From: Gammaproteobacteria bacterium
GTDB taxonomy: Bacteria > Pseudomonadota > Gammaproteobacteria > Eutrophobiales > Eutrophobiaceae
Assembly (NCBI GenBank): GCA_965238225.1
Contig: OZ250183.1
Coordinates: forward strand, 896,001 to 960,000
Length of the DNA stretch: 64,000 nt
Reading direction: 5' to 3'
Both the position numbers and the translations under genes were made by a program. Below the pieces are notes generated by a model. The model was given only the letters and a program-made list of their open reading frames with translations. It searched no databases and was not told where the DNA came from. Shown one piece after another: positions 52,785 to 63,447 of the stretch; position 1 is the first letter of the stretch, and each line of letters starts with the position of its first letter.

Positions 52785-54302
52785 ATGTTTGCTGAATTAC
52801 CGATTCTAAGTTTGTTGATCTGGGGTCCAATCTTTGGTGGTCTCTGTGTACTGTATGTAGGTGACAGACAGGAAGAAACGGCTAAAATACTGGCCTTTAT
52901 GATCACGATAGTGATATTTCTATTATCCACCTTACTGTATAAAAATTTCGACACCACTACACATGCAATGCAATTTGTTGAGTTCGCACACTGGATAGAG
53001 TCATTCAATATTAATTATTACTTAGGTGTCGATGGCATTTCTATGCCGTTAATTATACTGACTACGTTTACTACAGTATTGGTTATTCTTTCTGCATGGG
53101 AAGTGATAGAAAAAAAGATTTCGCAATATCTTGCAGCATTTTTGATTATAGAAGGGTTGATGAATGGTGTTTTCTCTTCTATGGACGCCATGTTATTTTA
53201 TGTTTTTTGGGAAGCAATGTTGATTCCAATGTTTTTAATTATTGGTATCTGGGGTGGACTAAGGCGTGTATACGCCACTATTAAGTTTTTTCTGTATACC
53301 TTTTTTGGCTCGGTGTTTATGTTGGTAGCCTTTCTCTACCTGTATTCACAATCAGGCACTTTCAATATTTTGGAATTACACAATCTATCGTTAGATGTAG
53401 AGGCTCAGAAATTTATTTTCATTGCTTTCTTGCTTGCCTTTGCAGTAAAAATTCCTATGTGGCCCGTACATACATGGTTGCCAGATGCTCACGTTGAAGC
53501 GCCAACAGGTGGCTCAGTAATATTGGCTGCGATTATGTTAAAACTTGGTGGGTATGGTTTTCTTCGTTTTAGTTTGCCGATTACCCCAAATGCCAGCTTA
53601 TATTTTTCTGATATGATGATTGTCTTATCATTAATTGCTATTGTTTATATTGGTTTTGTTGCCTTGGTACAACAGGACATGAAAAAATTAATTGCCTATT
53701 CGTCTATCTCACATATGGGTTTTGTGACTTTAGGATTCTTTGTCTGTTTGGCTATTTATACAGCAACGAATTCAATAGAAAGCGCTGTATTTGGGCTTGA
53801 AGGTGGCATGGTACAAATGATTTCTCATGGCTTTATCTCTGCAGCATTGTTTTTTTGTGTTGGCGTTATGTATGACCGAGTACATAGCCGAGAGATTAAA
53901 GATTACGGTGGAGTGGTCAATACCATGCCTCATTTTGCCGCCTTTATGATGTTATTTGCTATGGCAAATGCAGGACTGCCGGGGACATCAGGTTTTGTGG
54001 GTGAATTTGTTGTTATTCTTAGCGCATATCAAGCTAATTTCTGGATCGCTTTCTTGGCAGCGCTTACCTTGATACTAGGTGCCGCTTATACATTGTGGAT
54101 GTATAAAAGAGTTATCTTTGGTGATGTTGTCAATGATAATGTAGCAAATTTAAAAGATATTAATTCAAGAGAAACATTTATTTTGTCTATGTTGGCTATT
54201 GCAGTTTTAATATTTGGTCTTTATCCAGCGCCATTGTTTGATGTCATGCACCCTACACTGACTCATTTATTTGAGCATGCATTGCAATCTATAGGTGACT
54301 AA
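52785..54302 (+). CDS. nuoM: NADH-quinone oxidoreductase subunit M
   Basis: HTWLPDAHVEAP and GLPGTSGFVGEF. Confidence 0.97.
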   Translation: MFAELPILSLLIWGPIFGGLCVLYVGDRQEETAKILAFMITIVIFLLSTLLYKNFDTTTHAMQFVEFAHWIESFNINYYLGVDGISMPLIILTTFTTVLVILSAWEVIEKKISQYLAAFLIIEGLMNGVFSSMDAMLFYVFWEAMLIPMFLIIGIWGGLRRVYATIKFFLYTFFGSVFMLVAFLYLYSQSGTFNILELHNLSLDVEAQKFIFIAFLLAFAVKIPMWPVHTWLPDAHVEAPTGGSVILAAIMLKLGGYGFLRFSLPITPNASLYFSDMMIVLSLIAIVYIGFVALVQQDMKKLIAYSSISHMGFVTLGFFVCLAIYTATNSIESAVFGLEGGMVQMISHGFISAALFFCVGVMYDRVHSREIKDYGGVVNTMPHFAAFMMLFAMANAGLPGTSGFVGEFVVILSAYQANFWIAFLAALTLILGAAYTLWMYKRVIFGDVVNDNVANLKDINSRETFILSMLAIAVLIFGLYPAPLFDVMHPTLTHLFEHALQSIGD

Positions 54303-54306
54303 TCGC

Positions 54307-55746
54307 ATGTTATCAATTACAGAAACAATGATATGTGCACCTGAAATATTTATGCTGGTGATGGTCAGTCTTATATTAGTGATTGATACCTTCAGTCATG
54401 ATCCCTTGCATAGAGTAACTTACTACTTAACGCAGCTGACACTTATCTTGACTGCAGTTTTGGTTGTTCAATTATGGCCAGAACAAGCGATTTATGCCTT
54501 TGATAATAGCTATACCAATGATGGTATGGGAACTGTGCTGAAGACGACCGTCTGTATTGTCGGTTTCTTCGTGTTTCTGTATTCGTACGACTACTTAAAA
54601 GAGCATGGCTGGCTAAAAGGAGAATATTTTGTTCTTGGGTTATTTGCGATTCTTGGTGAGATGATACTAATTTCAGCATACAGCTTATTAACGGTTTATC
54701 TTGGGCTGGAATTATTATCACTTTCACTATACGCCATGATTGCCATGCATAGAAAATCAACGGAAGCTACGGAAGCCGCAATGAAATTCTTTGTATTGGG
54801 TGCGTTGGCTTCGGGCATATTGTTATATGGCATGTCGATGATATATGGTGTCACTGGAAGCTTAGAGTTCACAGCGATCGCAACAAATATTGAAAATGAC
54901 ACCGATAATATATTACTCATCTTTGGACTGGTGTTTATTATAGTCGGTATAGCATTCAAACTTGGCGCTGTACCATTTCATATGTGGGTCCCTGATGTTT
55001 ACCAAGGCTCGCCGACTTGTGTGACATTATTTATTGCCAGCGCACCTAAGCTGGCAGCCTTTGCGATGGCAATAAGATTATTGGTTGACGGTTTACAACC
55101 TTTGATAAATGATTGGCAAGGGATGTTGGTTATTTTATCTATTATTTCCATGGCCACAGGCAATATTGTCGCCATATCCCAGACCAACATTAAACGCATG
55201 CTGGCTTATTCTGCTATTGCACATACAGGCTTTCTATTATTGGGTCTGTTATCTGGTACACCCTCTGCTTATGCAGCCTCCATGTTTTATGTCATTAGTT
55301 ATACTCTGATGAGCATGGGGGCGTTTGGTATGGTTATCTTACTGGGGAGAAAAAATTCTGAAGCAGATAAACTAGAGCATTTCAAAGGTTTAGCTGACAG
55401 AAATCCATGGTTTGCCTTTGTGATGTTGATGCTGATGTTTTCCATGGCAGGTGTACCGCCATTTCTCGGTTTTTGGGGCAAATGGTTCGTGTTGAAAGAA
55501 TTAGTTGACAGTGGTTTTATCTGGTTGGCGGCAATGGCGGTATTCTTTTCTATTATTGGTGCTTATTACTATATACGCGTGATTAAACTTATATATTTTG
55601 ATCAAGCAGATTCAATGACTGCAATAAAATCATCAAAACAAATGCGCTTTGCTCTGAGTATCAATGGATTGGCATTATTTATTCTAGGCTTAATGCCTAG
55701 TGCATTGCTGACTATTTGTGTTAGCGTGATGTTAACCGCTACCTAA
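54307..55746 (+). CDS. nuoN: NADH-quinone oxidoreductase subunit N
   Basis: FKLGAVPFHMWVPDVYQG and KRMLAYS. Confidence 0.97.
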   Translation: MLSITETMICAPEIFMLVMVSLILVIDTFSHDPLHRVTYYLTQLTLILTAVLVVQLWPEQAIYAFDNSYTNDGMGTVLKTTVCIVGFFVFLYSYDYLKEHGWLKGEYFVLGLFAILGEMILISAYSLLTVYLGLELLSLSLYAMIAMHRKSTEATEAAMKFFVLGALASGILLYGMSMIYGVTGSLEFTAIATNIENDTDNILLIFGLVFIIVGIAFKLGAVPFHMWVPDVYQGSPTCVTLFIASAPKLAAFAMAIRLLVDGLQPLINDWQGMLVILSIISMATGNIVAISQTNIKRMLAYSAIAHTGFLLLGLLSGTPSAYAASMFYVISYTLMSMGAFGMVILLGRKNSEADKLEHFKGLADRNPWFAFVMLMLMFSMAGVPPFLGFWGKWFVLKELVDSGFIWLAAMAVFFSIIGAYYYIRVIKLIYFDQADSMTAIKSSKQMRFALSINGLALFILGLMPSALLTICVSVMLTAT

Positions 55747-56170
55747 TGGTCGCAAGCATTGCAATTTACTTGATCATCGTTATAGTCTTAATATTGCCAC
55801 TAATTTTCTGGGTCTTAATGAATGCTTTCGGTTCTATGATGAACCAAAACCCAGAAACCTGTAGATGCGCCTGCTGGAGGTGTCTCAGGGTTAAATGCAA
55901 TTCCTGATTTACAACCATTTTCATGAATGAGTCGCAAGCTTTCATCCATATGCTCGCTGGTTTCTGGATGAGTGGTTATTGTTTTATTTTATTATCGGAT
56001 TTATTGCTTTAGGGTTTGAGAAAAAAATAACGAGCCAGTTGCATTCTCAAGATTAGAATTTTTATGCAATAGGATTTCTCTTGTTTGTCGTTTTCGCTTT
56101 GCCTGATTTTATCTATCGCGATGATTTCTTATGGCATCTGCAGCGTTGGAAAAGATATCAGTTGAAGTAA
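55746..56170 (+). pseudogene. DUF2818-family membrane protein pseudogene (normally follows nuoN)
   Basis: ATG overlaps the nuoN stop; fragments [12 protein letters not shown] and [44 protein letters not shown] with in-frame TAG at 56054, plus a frameshift and an intervening segment. Confidence 0.7.
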
Positions 56171-56260
56171 CTATTGACTAAGAGGCTTAAGCGCAAAACG
56201 ACACTGCAGTTACTGTGATAATATGACTCTTAGAGTTACCACCGGAGAACAAGAAAAATA

Positions 56261-57436
56261 ATGAAAATTGTATTGGCACCTGATTCTTTCAAAGGAAACT
56301 TGACATCCTTGCAGGTTGCTTGTGCATTCGAAGAAGGTATTAAGAGGGTTATTCCGAATGCAAATTGCATTAAAATTCCAATGGCTGATGGTGGTGAGGG
56401 GACTGTCCAGTCTCTGGTTGACGCAACAGGTGGTAAATTTATTCGAAAGAAAGTCAAAGGCGCTACAGGTGCGCTGCTGTTTGCACGTTATGGAATTTTG
56501 TCAGATAAAAAGACAGCAGTGATTGAAATGTCTGAAGCCTCCGGCCTACCAAGTGTCGAAGGAACTAAAAATAAAAATCCTTTAGAAACAACAACATATG
56601 GAACTGGTCAGTTAATGATGGATGCAATTAATAAAGGCGCGAACCATATTATTCTAGGCTTGGGCGGATCTGCAACAATAGATGGCGGCGCCGGGATGGC
56701 GCAAGCACTGGGCATTAAGTTTTTAGATAAAAGAGGTCTTGAATTAAAAGAGTTAGGCGCAGGCGGTATGCTGAACAGGATAGCCAATATTGATATGAGC
56801 AGGATAGATAGCAGGATAAAGAGGGTCAAAATTACTGTGGCTAGCGATGTAAACAATCCTTTTTGCGGAAAAAATGGCGCTGCATACATCTTTGGTTCAC
56901 AAAAAGGAGCAACACCAACAATGATATCAAAGCTGGATGCAAACCTGAAATACTTTGCCGCTATTATTAAAAGAGACTTGCGCAAAGACGTTATGAAATT
57001 AAAATGGGCAGGGGCTGCTGGGGGTCTAGGCGCGGGTTTGGCCGCCTTTACGGGCGCAAAACTAAAAAGCGGGATTGATATTATCATTCAATCAACCGGA
57101 TTAGAAAATCATATTAAAAATGCAGACCTAGTTATTACAGGTGAGGGTCGAGTTGATTTTCAAACGGCTTTTGGCAAGACTCCAGCAGGTGTTGCTAGGA
57201 TCGCCAGAAAACAAAAGGTGCAGACTGTTGTAATAGGTGGTGGGATTACAGATGATGCCCGTGACGTGTTTGAGCACGGAATAGATGGATTGGCCAGTGC
57301 ATGTGCAAGAGATATGTCTCTTGAAGAAGCAATGAATTATTCCAGAGCGCATTTAGCAAATGCGGCTGAACGAGTAATACGGCTAGTTTTGATCGGTAAA
57401 AAATTATCAAAACCTAAAAAATACAAAAGAAAATGA
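56261..57436 (+). CDS. glxK: Glycerate kinase (GarK/GlxK family)
   Basis: APDSFKG, PMADGGEGT, GAAGGLG and ITGEG..QTAFGKTP. Confidence 0.93.
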   Translation: MKIVLAPDSFKGNLTSLQVACAFEEGIKRVIPNANCIKIPMADGGEGTVQSLVDATGGKFIRKKVKGATGALLFARYGILSDKKTAVIEMSEASGLPSVEGTKNKNPLETTTYGTGQLMMDAINKGANHIILGLGGSATIDGGAGMAQALGIKFLDKRGLELKELGAGGMLNRIANIDMSRIDSRIKRVKITVASDVNNPFCGKNGAAYIFGSQKGATPTMISKLDANLKYFAAIIKRDLRKDVMKLKWAGAAGGLGAGLAAFTGAKLKSGIDIIIQSTGLENHIKNADLVITGEGRVDFQTAFGKTPAGVARIARKQKVQTVVIGGGITDDARDVFEHGIDGLASACARDMSLEEAMNYSRAHLANAAERVIRLVLIGKKLSKPKKYKRK

Positions 57437-57547
57437 GTGTAAGATAAGAAATAAAGAAGTAAAAGCACAGAAATTTTCTTCCCGTAAATACAGTTTTATT
57501 CTATTATATGAGAATAGGACTGTATCGCATATTACTGAAATAGATCA

Positions 57548-58065
57548 ATAAAAATTTCAAAATTTGCATTCCGATTTGATGTGAATGCAGGCATCATCCA
57601 GCTAATGGGTGACTTGGGCGATGCCTTATCTGAGAATAAGGATATATTGATGATGAGGGGGGGGGGGGAGTAACCCAAGCCATGTTCCTGAAATACAAAA
57701 ATTTTTCCATGATAGAACGCAGCGCGTTCTGGATCGACCTGCAGAGTTTGCACATATGATTGGTAATTATGGCCTGCCTCAGGGGCAAGCCATTCCTCGA
57801 GGCGATTTCAGTATTATTAGATAAAGAAAATGGTTGGGACATTAATTTAAATAATATGACCCTGATTTCTGGAAGTCAGTCAGGATTCTTCTTACTTTTT
57901 AATATTTTTTTACTGTAAGTATGCTGATAGAATTAAAAGATAAATATTATTATCTATGGCATACAGAATGTATCGGCTATAAGCGATGTAGGTTTATTCA
58001 ATGAAGTGCTTTTTCTGGCAAATCAAATATAGAGACGTTTGATGATTACACTTTTGAATACCACT
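57548..58065 (+). pseudogene. avtA: Valine--pyruvate aminotransferase AvtA, degraded 5' part
   Basis: Fragments KISKF..GIIQLMGDLGDAL..(G12)..NPSHVPE..EFAHMIGNY..PQG, GWDI..SGSQSGFFLLFNIF and FDDYTFEYH, with several frameshifts; ATA where the start is expected. Confidence 0.8.
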
Positions 58066-58911
58066 TAGATTCATACAAATAAGCGCAATTTTTTAGAGTG
58101 AGGCGGTCAGTTGTTATGGTTGATTATTTGCTAACCAAAGGGAGATTGCTGATGCATTATAAATAACTGACCAAAATAGAACGATAGCAGATGTATATGA
58201 TTAAGAAAGCGAGGCGAGAAGCACGGAAAGCTATCACAAAATTACTGGCAGGAAGTTCTACGATTAGTCGCAAACTCTCGTAATTAAAGAGAAAAGAAGC
58301 TGCAAACGGTATAGACGCTATGCATGGTGAGGCAAGATCCCAAACTGGGTCAATATTGGTCTACGCCCCAAGGCAGTGAAAAGATATCAACGGATAGGTG
58401 ACTGGGAAGGTAATGTGGTGATGGGCAAAAAATAGAAAAAGTGCTTTGTTGGTCTTGATCTTGGCTAAATGCAGAACGCTTTACGCGGTGATTACACGGT
58501 TAACGGGCAAACTGATCAGACCTTACTGGCTGAGGCAGACATTTACAGCATGAAGAAGCTGAAATCAAAGGCAAAGACTATTGCCTGAAGACAATGACTT
58601 AGAATATGTGCATCATGAACATATAGGAAAACAACTAAAATGCAGGCATTTATTTTGCTTATTCTGATGCTCCATGGGAACAGGATATCAATGAAGATGC
58701 CAATAGGTTAATACACCAATATTTTCCTGAGGGGTGGAGTTTGATTAGGCGACAGATGAAGAGATAACGTATTTGATGGCGCGACTTAATAATCGATCAA
58801 AGAAAACCTTTGGGCATCGATCACCAAATAAATTATTTTCTTTAAGGTTTCTAGAGTAGCGGTTGATTTACTCGTTGCGTAATTTAACATTGCATTTATT
58901 GTGTGAATCTA
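58066..58911 (+). mobile_element. Degenerate IS30-family insertion sequence
   Basis: Imperfect terminal IRs tagattcatacaaataagcgcaa / ttgcatttattgtgtgaatcta; broken transposase fragments MHYK*LTKIER, DWEGNVVMGK, DNDLEY, YFA..APWEQDINEDANRLIHQYFP and LNNRSKK.FGHRSP. Confidence 0.85.
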
Positions 58912-59140
58912 GGACATTTTGAATATGGTTTCTCGATTTTCAATCGACAGTGGCGTAGACACCACTCCGAGCGCTCGACTAAAATATCTACTAAAGTAAA
59001 ATCGACCGCAAAAAACTGATTTAAAAAGGTAATAGCTGAGATAGGGGTATCTGTACAGACTGGTTTTTTACATGGGCGCAAGTAATACGTTTTTGATTGA
59101 TATATCTAAGTGGCGAGTGTCTCATGGTGTTTAAATTTTC

Positions 59141-59986
59141 TCAATCACAAGAAATAATAGTCTGTGTTTGTTGACCTAAACCATCGACACCCAAGGTCAT
59201 GATGTCTCCAACTTCCAAGTAAACGGGTGGTTTTTGTCCAAATCCTACGCCTGGAGGCGTACCAGTAGAAATAACATCACCCGGCTGTAGACTCATAAAT
59301 TGACTCAAGTAGCTGACAATGCAGGCAGGTTGAAAAATCATGGTTTTAGTATTTCCATTCTGGTAACGCTGGCCATTGACCTCAAGCCACATATTCATAT
59401 CCATCACATTCTGGATTTCATCACGCGTAACAAGCCAAGGACCAATCGGGCCAAAAGTATCACACCCTTTACCCTTGTCCCATTGCGTACCATGGTCAAA
59501 TTGAAAAGTACGCTCTGATACATCATTAACCACACAAAAACCAGCAATATGTTCCATGGCCTCTTCTTTTTTCACATAAGCCGTTTGCTTGCCAATTACC
59601 AAGCCGAGCTCCACTTCCCAATCCAGTTTGGTAGCGTTGCGTGGTTTTATGACATCATCATTTGGTCCGCAAATGGCACTGGTAGCCTTGGTAAATATTT
59701 CAGGAAATTCTGGCACGACCATCCCGGATTCTTCGGCATGATCAGCATAGTTTAAGCCGATACAGAGAAACTTACCGACACTGCCAATGCAGGAACCATA
59801 ACGTACGTTATGGTCTACTCGCGGAAGTTTGGAAATATCTATTTTACGAAGCGCATCCAACCCGTCAGCCGTTAATGCGTCACCGTTGATATCTGCTAGA
59901 TTATTCGATAGGTCGCGTATATTTCCTTCATTATCCAACATGCCGGGCTTCTCTTGCCCAGCTATGCCGTAGCGTAATAATTTTAT
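59141..59986 (-). CDS. Fumarylacetoacetate hydrolase family protein (2,4-diketo-3-deoxy-sugar-acid hydrolase-like); start codon reads ATA
   Basis: KLLRYG..EKPG, CIGLNYADHA, DWEVEL, NDVSER, KGCDTFGPIGP and STGTPPGVG. Confidence 0.88.
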   Translation of the reverse strand: MKLLRYGIAGQEKPGMLDNEGNIRDLSNNLADINGDALTADGLDALRKIDISKLPRVDHNVRYGSCIGSVGKFLCIGLNYADHAEESGMVVPEFPEIFTKATSAICGPNDDVIKPRNATKLDWEVELGLVIGKQTAYVKKEEAMEHIAGFCVVNDVSERTFQFDHGTQWDKGKGCDTFGPIGPWLVTRDEIQNVMDMNMWLEVNGQRYQNGNTKTMIFQPACIVSYLSQFMSLQPGDVISTGTPPGVGFGQKPPVYLEVGDIMTLGVDGLGQQTQTIISCD

Positions 59987-60003
59987 TTTATTACTCCTCT
60001 TAT

Positions 60004-60732
60004 TTAAATAGACCAACCGCCATCTACCGGGATGATAGCGCCTGTCGTATAGGAAGATTCATCTGACGCAAGGTGTACGGCGAGACCCGCAATTTCCTCT
60101 GCCGATCCTATGCGATTCATTGGCTGGCGTGCTTCAAAAGCTTTGCGAGCCTCATCAGGATCATCGAACGCATTAAGCCGATTTTTCAGAGAAGGAGTGT
60201 CGACAGTGCCGGGACAAATAGCATTACAGCGTATTCCCTTGTCAACATAATCCAAGGCTATTGATTTAGTCATGCCAACTATTGCGGCTTTTGTTGCAGC
60301 ATAAACAAACCTGTTGGGAACTGCAGTAATTGAGCTTGCAATGGATGAAACATTAATAATGGATCCGCCACCAGAATTTATTATTCTTGGCAAAAAGGTC
60401 TTAATTGTACGATACATTGCCTTTACGTTCAATTCAAAAGAAAAGTCCCACTCTGACTCTTCACAGTCTAATATTGATCCGTCGGCGACAAAGCCTGCGC
60501 AATTAAACAGGATATCTATGTTTTTAAATTCAGCTGCCAAATCCTGGATCATTTTAATGTTTTTTACATCTAAAGTTCGCGATTGACATCCTTCTAAAGT
60601 TGCTAATGCTTTACTGTTAATATCCGTTGCAATAACATTTGCCCCTTCTGATATAAATTGTTCAGCTGTACTTCTACCAATACCTTGTGCGGCGGCCGTG
60701 AGCAACGCTGTTTTACCTTTTAACCTATCCAT
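60004..60732 (-). CDS. SDR oxidoreductase (2-keto-3-deoxy-L-fuconate 4-dehydrogenase/BDH2-like)
   Basis: TAAAQGIG, LFNCAG, YAATK and NAICPGTVDTPSL. Confidence 0.88.
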   Translation of the reverse strand: MDRLKGKTALLTAAAQGIGRSTAEQFISEGANVIATDINSKALATLEGCQSRTLDVKNIKMIQDLAAEFKNIDILFNCAGFVADGSILDCEESEWDFSFELNVKAMYRTIKTFLPRIINSGGGSIINVSSIASSITAVPNRFVYAATKAAIVGMTKSIALDYVDKGIRCNAICPGTVDTPSLKNRLNAFDDPDEARKAFEARQPMNRIGSAEEIAGLAVHLASDESSYTTGAIIPVDGGWSI

Positions 60733-60749
60733 ATTTAAGCCCTCCCTCC

Positions 60750-62189
60750 TTACTGGGCATTCACATAACTGGTTTTGACGGCCGTATAGAACCCTTTGGC
60801 ATAACTGCCTTGTTCGCGCGGTCCGAAACTCGATCCCTTGCTGCCACCGAAGGGGACATGGTAGTCAACTCCGGCTGTCGGCAGATTGACCATCACCATA
60901 CCGGCACGAGCATTCCTCTTGAACGCACTGGCAGCCTGCAAAGATTGTGTGCAAATACCGGCCGATAACCCGAATTCGGTATCATTGGCAACGTGAATGG
61001 CCTCATTAAAATCGCTCACTTTTATAACTGTTGCTATTGGTCCAAATATTTCTTCCCGGTTAATACGCATATCATTATTTGTGTTGGCGAATAAAGCTGG
61101 TGACAAATAAAAGCCTTTGGTTTCCCGTTGCAATTGTTCACCGCCAAAAACCAGTTCAGCCCCTTCATTTTTACCCGTTTCAATGTAATGGAGATCTTGA
61201 TCCAGTTGAGATTTGCTAGCTACTGGTCCAATATGGGTTCCTTTGTTGAGCGCATTATCAACGGTGAGAGATTCTAATTTACTAACACAAGCCTCTACAA
61301 ATTGATCATGGATGTTTTCAGTTACAATTAATCGACTTGACGCGGTGCAACGCTGACCAGTCGAAAAGAATGCACCATTTACTGCACAATCAACGGCTAT
61401 ATCTAAATTTGCATCATCAAGAACAACCAGAGGGTTTTTGCCACCCATTTCGAGCTGATATTTAGCGCCTCGTTGACTGCATGCTGTTGCTACTTTAGCA
61501 CCGGTTTCTACAGATCCGGTAAAGCTAATTGCACTGACATCGCTGTGATGTAATAAGGCATTGCCAATGAGACTTCCAGTCCCCATTACTAGGTTAAATA
61601 CGCCCGCGGGCAGCCCGGCACGCTGTAGAATATCTGTTAATAACCAAGCACAGCCATTTACCAGACCTGCGGGCTTGAAAACCACTGTATTGCCATAGGC
61701 GAGAGCAGGCGCGATCTTCCAGGCAGGGATGGCAATTGGAAAATTCCAAGGAGTAATAATGCCAACTACACCAAGAGGCTCATGCGTTATCTCGACACTG
61801 AAACCAGTTCGTACTGAAGGAACGATATCCCCATTGAGACGTAATGTCTCTCCGGCAAAGAACTTAAAGATTTGTCCTGCCCTAGCAGCCTCACCGATTC
61901 CTTCTGCTAAAGTTTTCCCCTCTTCGCGAGCCAGTAAAGTTCCTAACTCTTCTTTGCGCGCCAAGATTTCCGTCGCAGCAGCATCCAGGATATCAAAACG
62001 TTGTTGAATGCCGCTAACCGACCAAGTTGAAAAGGCGGTAGTTGCGGCAGCAATAGCTTCTATAGTTTGTGATTCATCTGCTTGAGCATATTCGCCAACC
62101 ACGTCGTCCACATCAGAAGGATTAATATTATTAAGGTAGTGTTTGGTTTTTGCCCATTCACCATTTATATAGTTATCAAACTTTGTCAT
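60750..62189 (-). CDS. Aldehyde dehydrogenase (2,5-dioxopentanoate/KGSA dehydrogenase-like)
   Basis: ITPWNFP, FTGS, LEMGGKNP, GQRCTA and EEIFGP; adjacent to an XylX-like gene. Confidence 0.88.
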   Translation of the reverse strand: MTKFDNYINGEWAKTKHYLNNINPSDVDDVVGEYAQADESQTIEAIAAATTAFSTWSVSGIQQRFDILDAAATEILARKEELGTLLAREEGKTLAEGIGEAARAGQIFKFFAGETLRLNGDIVPSVRTGFSVEITHEPLGVVGIITPWNFPIAIPAWKIAPALAYGNTVVFKPAGLVNGCAWLLTDILQRAGLPAGVFNLVMGTGSLIGNALLHHSDVSAISFTGSVETGAKVATACSQRGAKYQLEMGGKNPLVVLDDANLDIAVDCAVNGAFFSTGQRCTASSRLIVTENIHDQFVEACVSKLESLTVDNALNKGTHIGPVASKSQLDQDLHYIETGKNEGAELVFGGEQLQRETKGFYLSPALFANTNNDMRINREEIFGPIATVIKVSDFNEAIHVANDTEFGLSAGICTQSLQAASAFKRNARAGMVMVNLPTAGVDYHVPFGGSKGSSFGPREQGSYAKGFYTAVKTSYVNAQ

Positions 62190-62235
62190 TTATTGAGTTA
62201 CCTGTTTCATTGATTAATAAAAAGTAAATTATTGT

Positions 62236-63408
62236 TCACAACAAATTTCGTTGCTTTAGATTTTGCATAAACGCCCACAGTCCAAACTCCCAAGGCGAAG
62301 CTTGGTCGCTGGTGATCACATAATTGGTTAATGTGCCGAGTTTATCTGATGAGATAATAACTTTATCTCCTATGTGATGAGTAAAACCCATATCAGCGAT
62401 GTCCCTGTCTTGGGTCGGGGCGAACAGAGTGCCGGTCATTAATACAAAACCATCCGGATACTGATGTGATGTTCCAATTGTTTGCTTGGCGAGGTCAAGT
62501 ACGTCACGGCTAATCTTTGACATTGTGCTTGACCCATCCAAGACATAATTATTGTCACCCTCTACACGCAATGTAACATCCAGATTGCGAACATCATCTA
62601 TTGTAAAATGCTCATCAAGGAGGCGAATAAAAGGTCCAATAGCACAAGACGCATTGTTATCTTTACCGCGAGCAAGAAGTAGAGCGCTGCGTCCTTCAAA
62701 ATCGCGTAGATTGACATCATTGCCAAGAGTAACTCCCACCGCCTCACCCATGTGATTTACTGCCAGCACCACCTCTGGTTCAGGGTTATTCCATTCAGAA
62801 GCAGGGTTGATACCAATATATTGCCCCTGTCCGACAGAAGACAAAACAGGTGCTTTTGTAAAAATCTCTGCGTCTGGACCAATACCTACCTCCAGATATT
62901 GAGACCACATTCCCTGAGACTTTAGATGCTGTTCAATTTTTTTTGCATTGTCTGTCCCTGGTTTCACTTCCGATAAATCAAAACCAATAATGTCTGCTAA
63001 TCCAGTACGGATTGATTTCGCCTTACTAAAATCACCTGCAGCACGTTCTTCTATAATTCTTTCAATCAAACTATCTACAAATGTAACGCCAGCAGCCTTA
63101 ATGCATTGTAGATCGATGGGGGATAAGAGGTAGGATAGATCGGATTGTGGTGTTGGAATGCTATTCTGCAAAACGTCAGCAAGAGAAAGTAAAGGTTCGT
63201 CCTGCGTGGCTTTACTTATAATATTTAATTTGTTTTCCATTGCCAATAATTGGGAGCAAGTTGGTACATAGGGCGTCAAATCATAGAGTTCCCCGTCTTT
63301 CACGGTTACGACACACGGTCCGGACAAAGATGGGTTATCGTTGACATGCCAGATGCGACCAATAAGATTCGCGTTATCACTATCTTCAGGGAAGGTTTCG
63401 CCTTTCAT
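62236..63408 (-). CDS. FAH-family 2-keto-3-deoxy-pentonate dehydratase (XylX-like)
   Basis: KAAGVTF..ERIIEERA, WSQYLEVGIGPDAEIFTK, WNNPEPE, NDVNLRDFEGRSALLL and HQYPDG. Confidence 0.85.
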   Translation of the reverse strand: MKGETFPEDSDNANLIGRIWHVNDNPSLSGPCVVTVKDGELYDLTPYVPTCSQLLAMENKLNIISKATQDEPLLSLADVLQNSIPTPQSDLSYLLSPIDLQCIKAAGVTFVDSLIERIIEERAAGDFSKAKSIRTGLADIIGFDLSEVKPGTDNAKKIEQHLKSQGMWSQYLEVGIGPDAEIFTKAPVLSSVGQGQYIGINPASEWNNPEPEVVLAVNHMGEAVGVTLGNDVNLRDFEGRSALLLARGKDNNASCAIGPFIRLLDEHFTIDDVRNLDVTLRVEGDNNYVLDGSSTMSKISRDVLDLAKQTIGTSHQYPDGFVLMTGTLFAPTQDRDIADMGFTHHIGDKVIISSDKLGTLTNYVITSDQASPWEFGLWAFMQNLKQRNLL

Positions 63409-63447
63409 TTTTTCTTTTCGCAAATTGAATACTAATTCAGGTCAGAA

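Noticed and set aside
57657-57668. G12 tract as a phase-variation switch
   Set aside because: The host gene has several other frameshifts and is truncated, so no tract length restores function
58896-59081. 61-aa minus-strand ORF next to the IS30 right end
   Set aside because: It runs into the IS inverted repeat and has no recognisable similarity in any frame I translated
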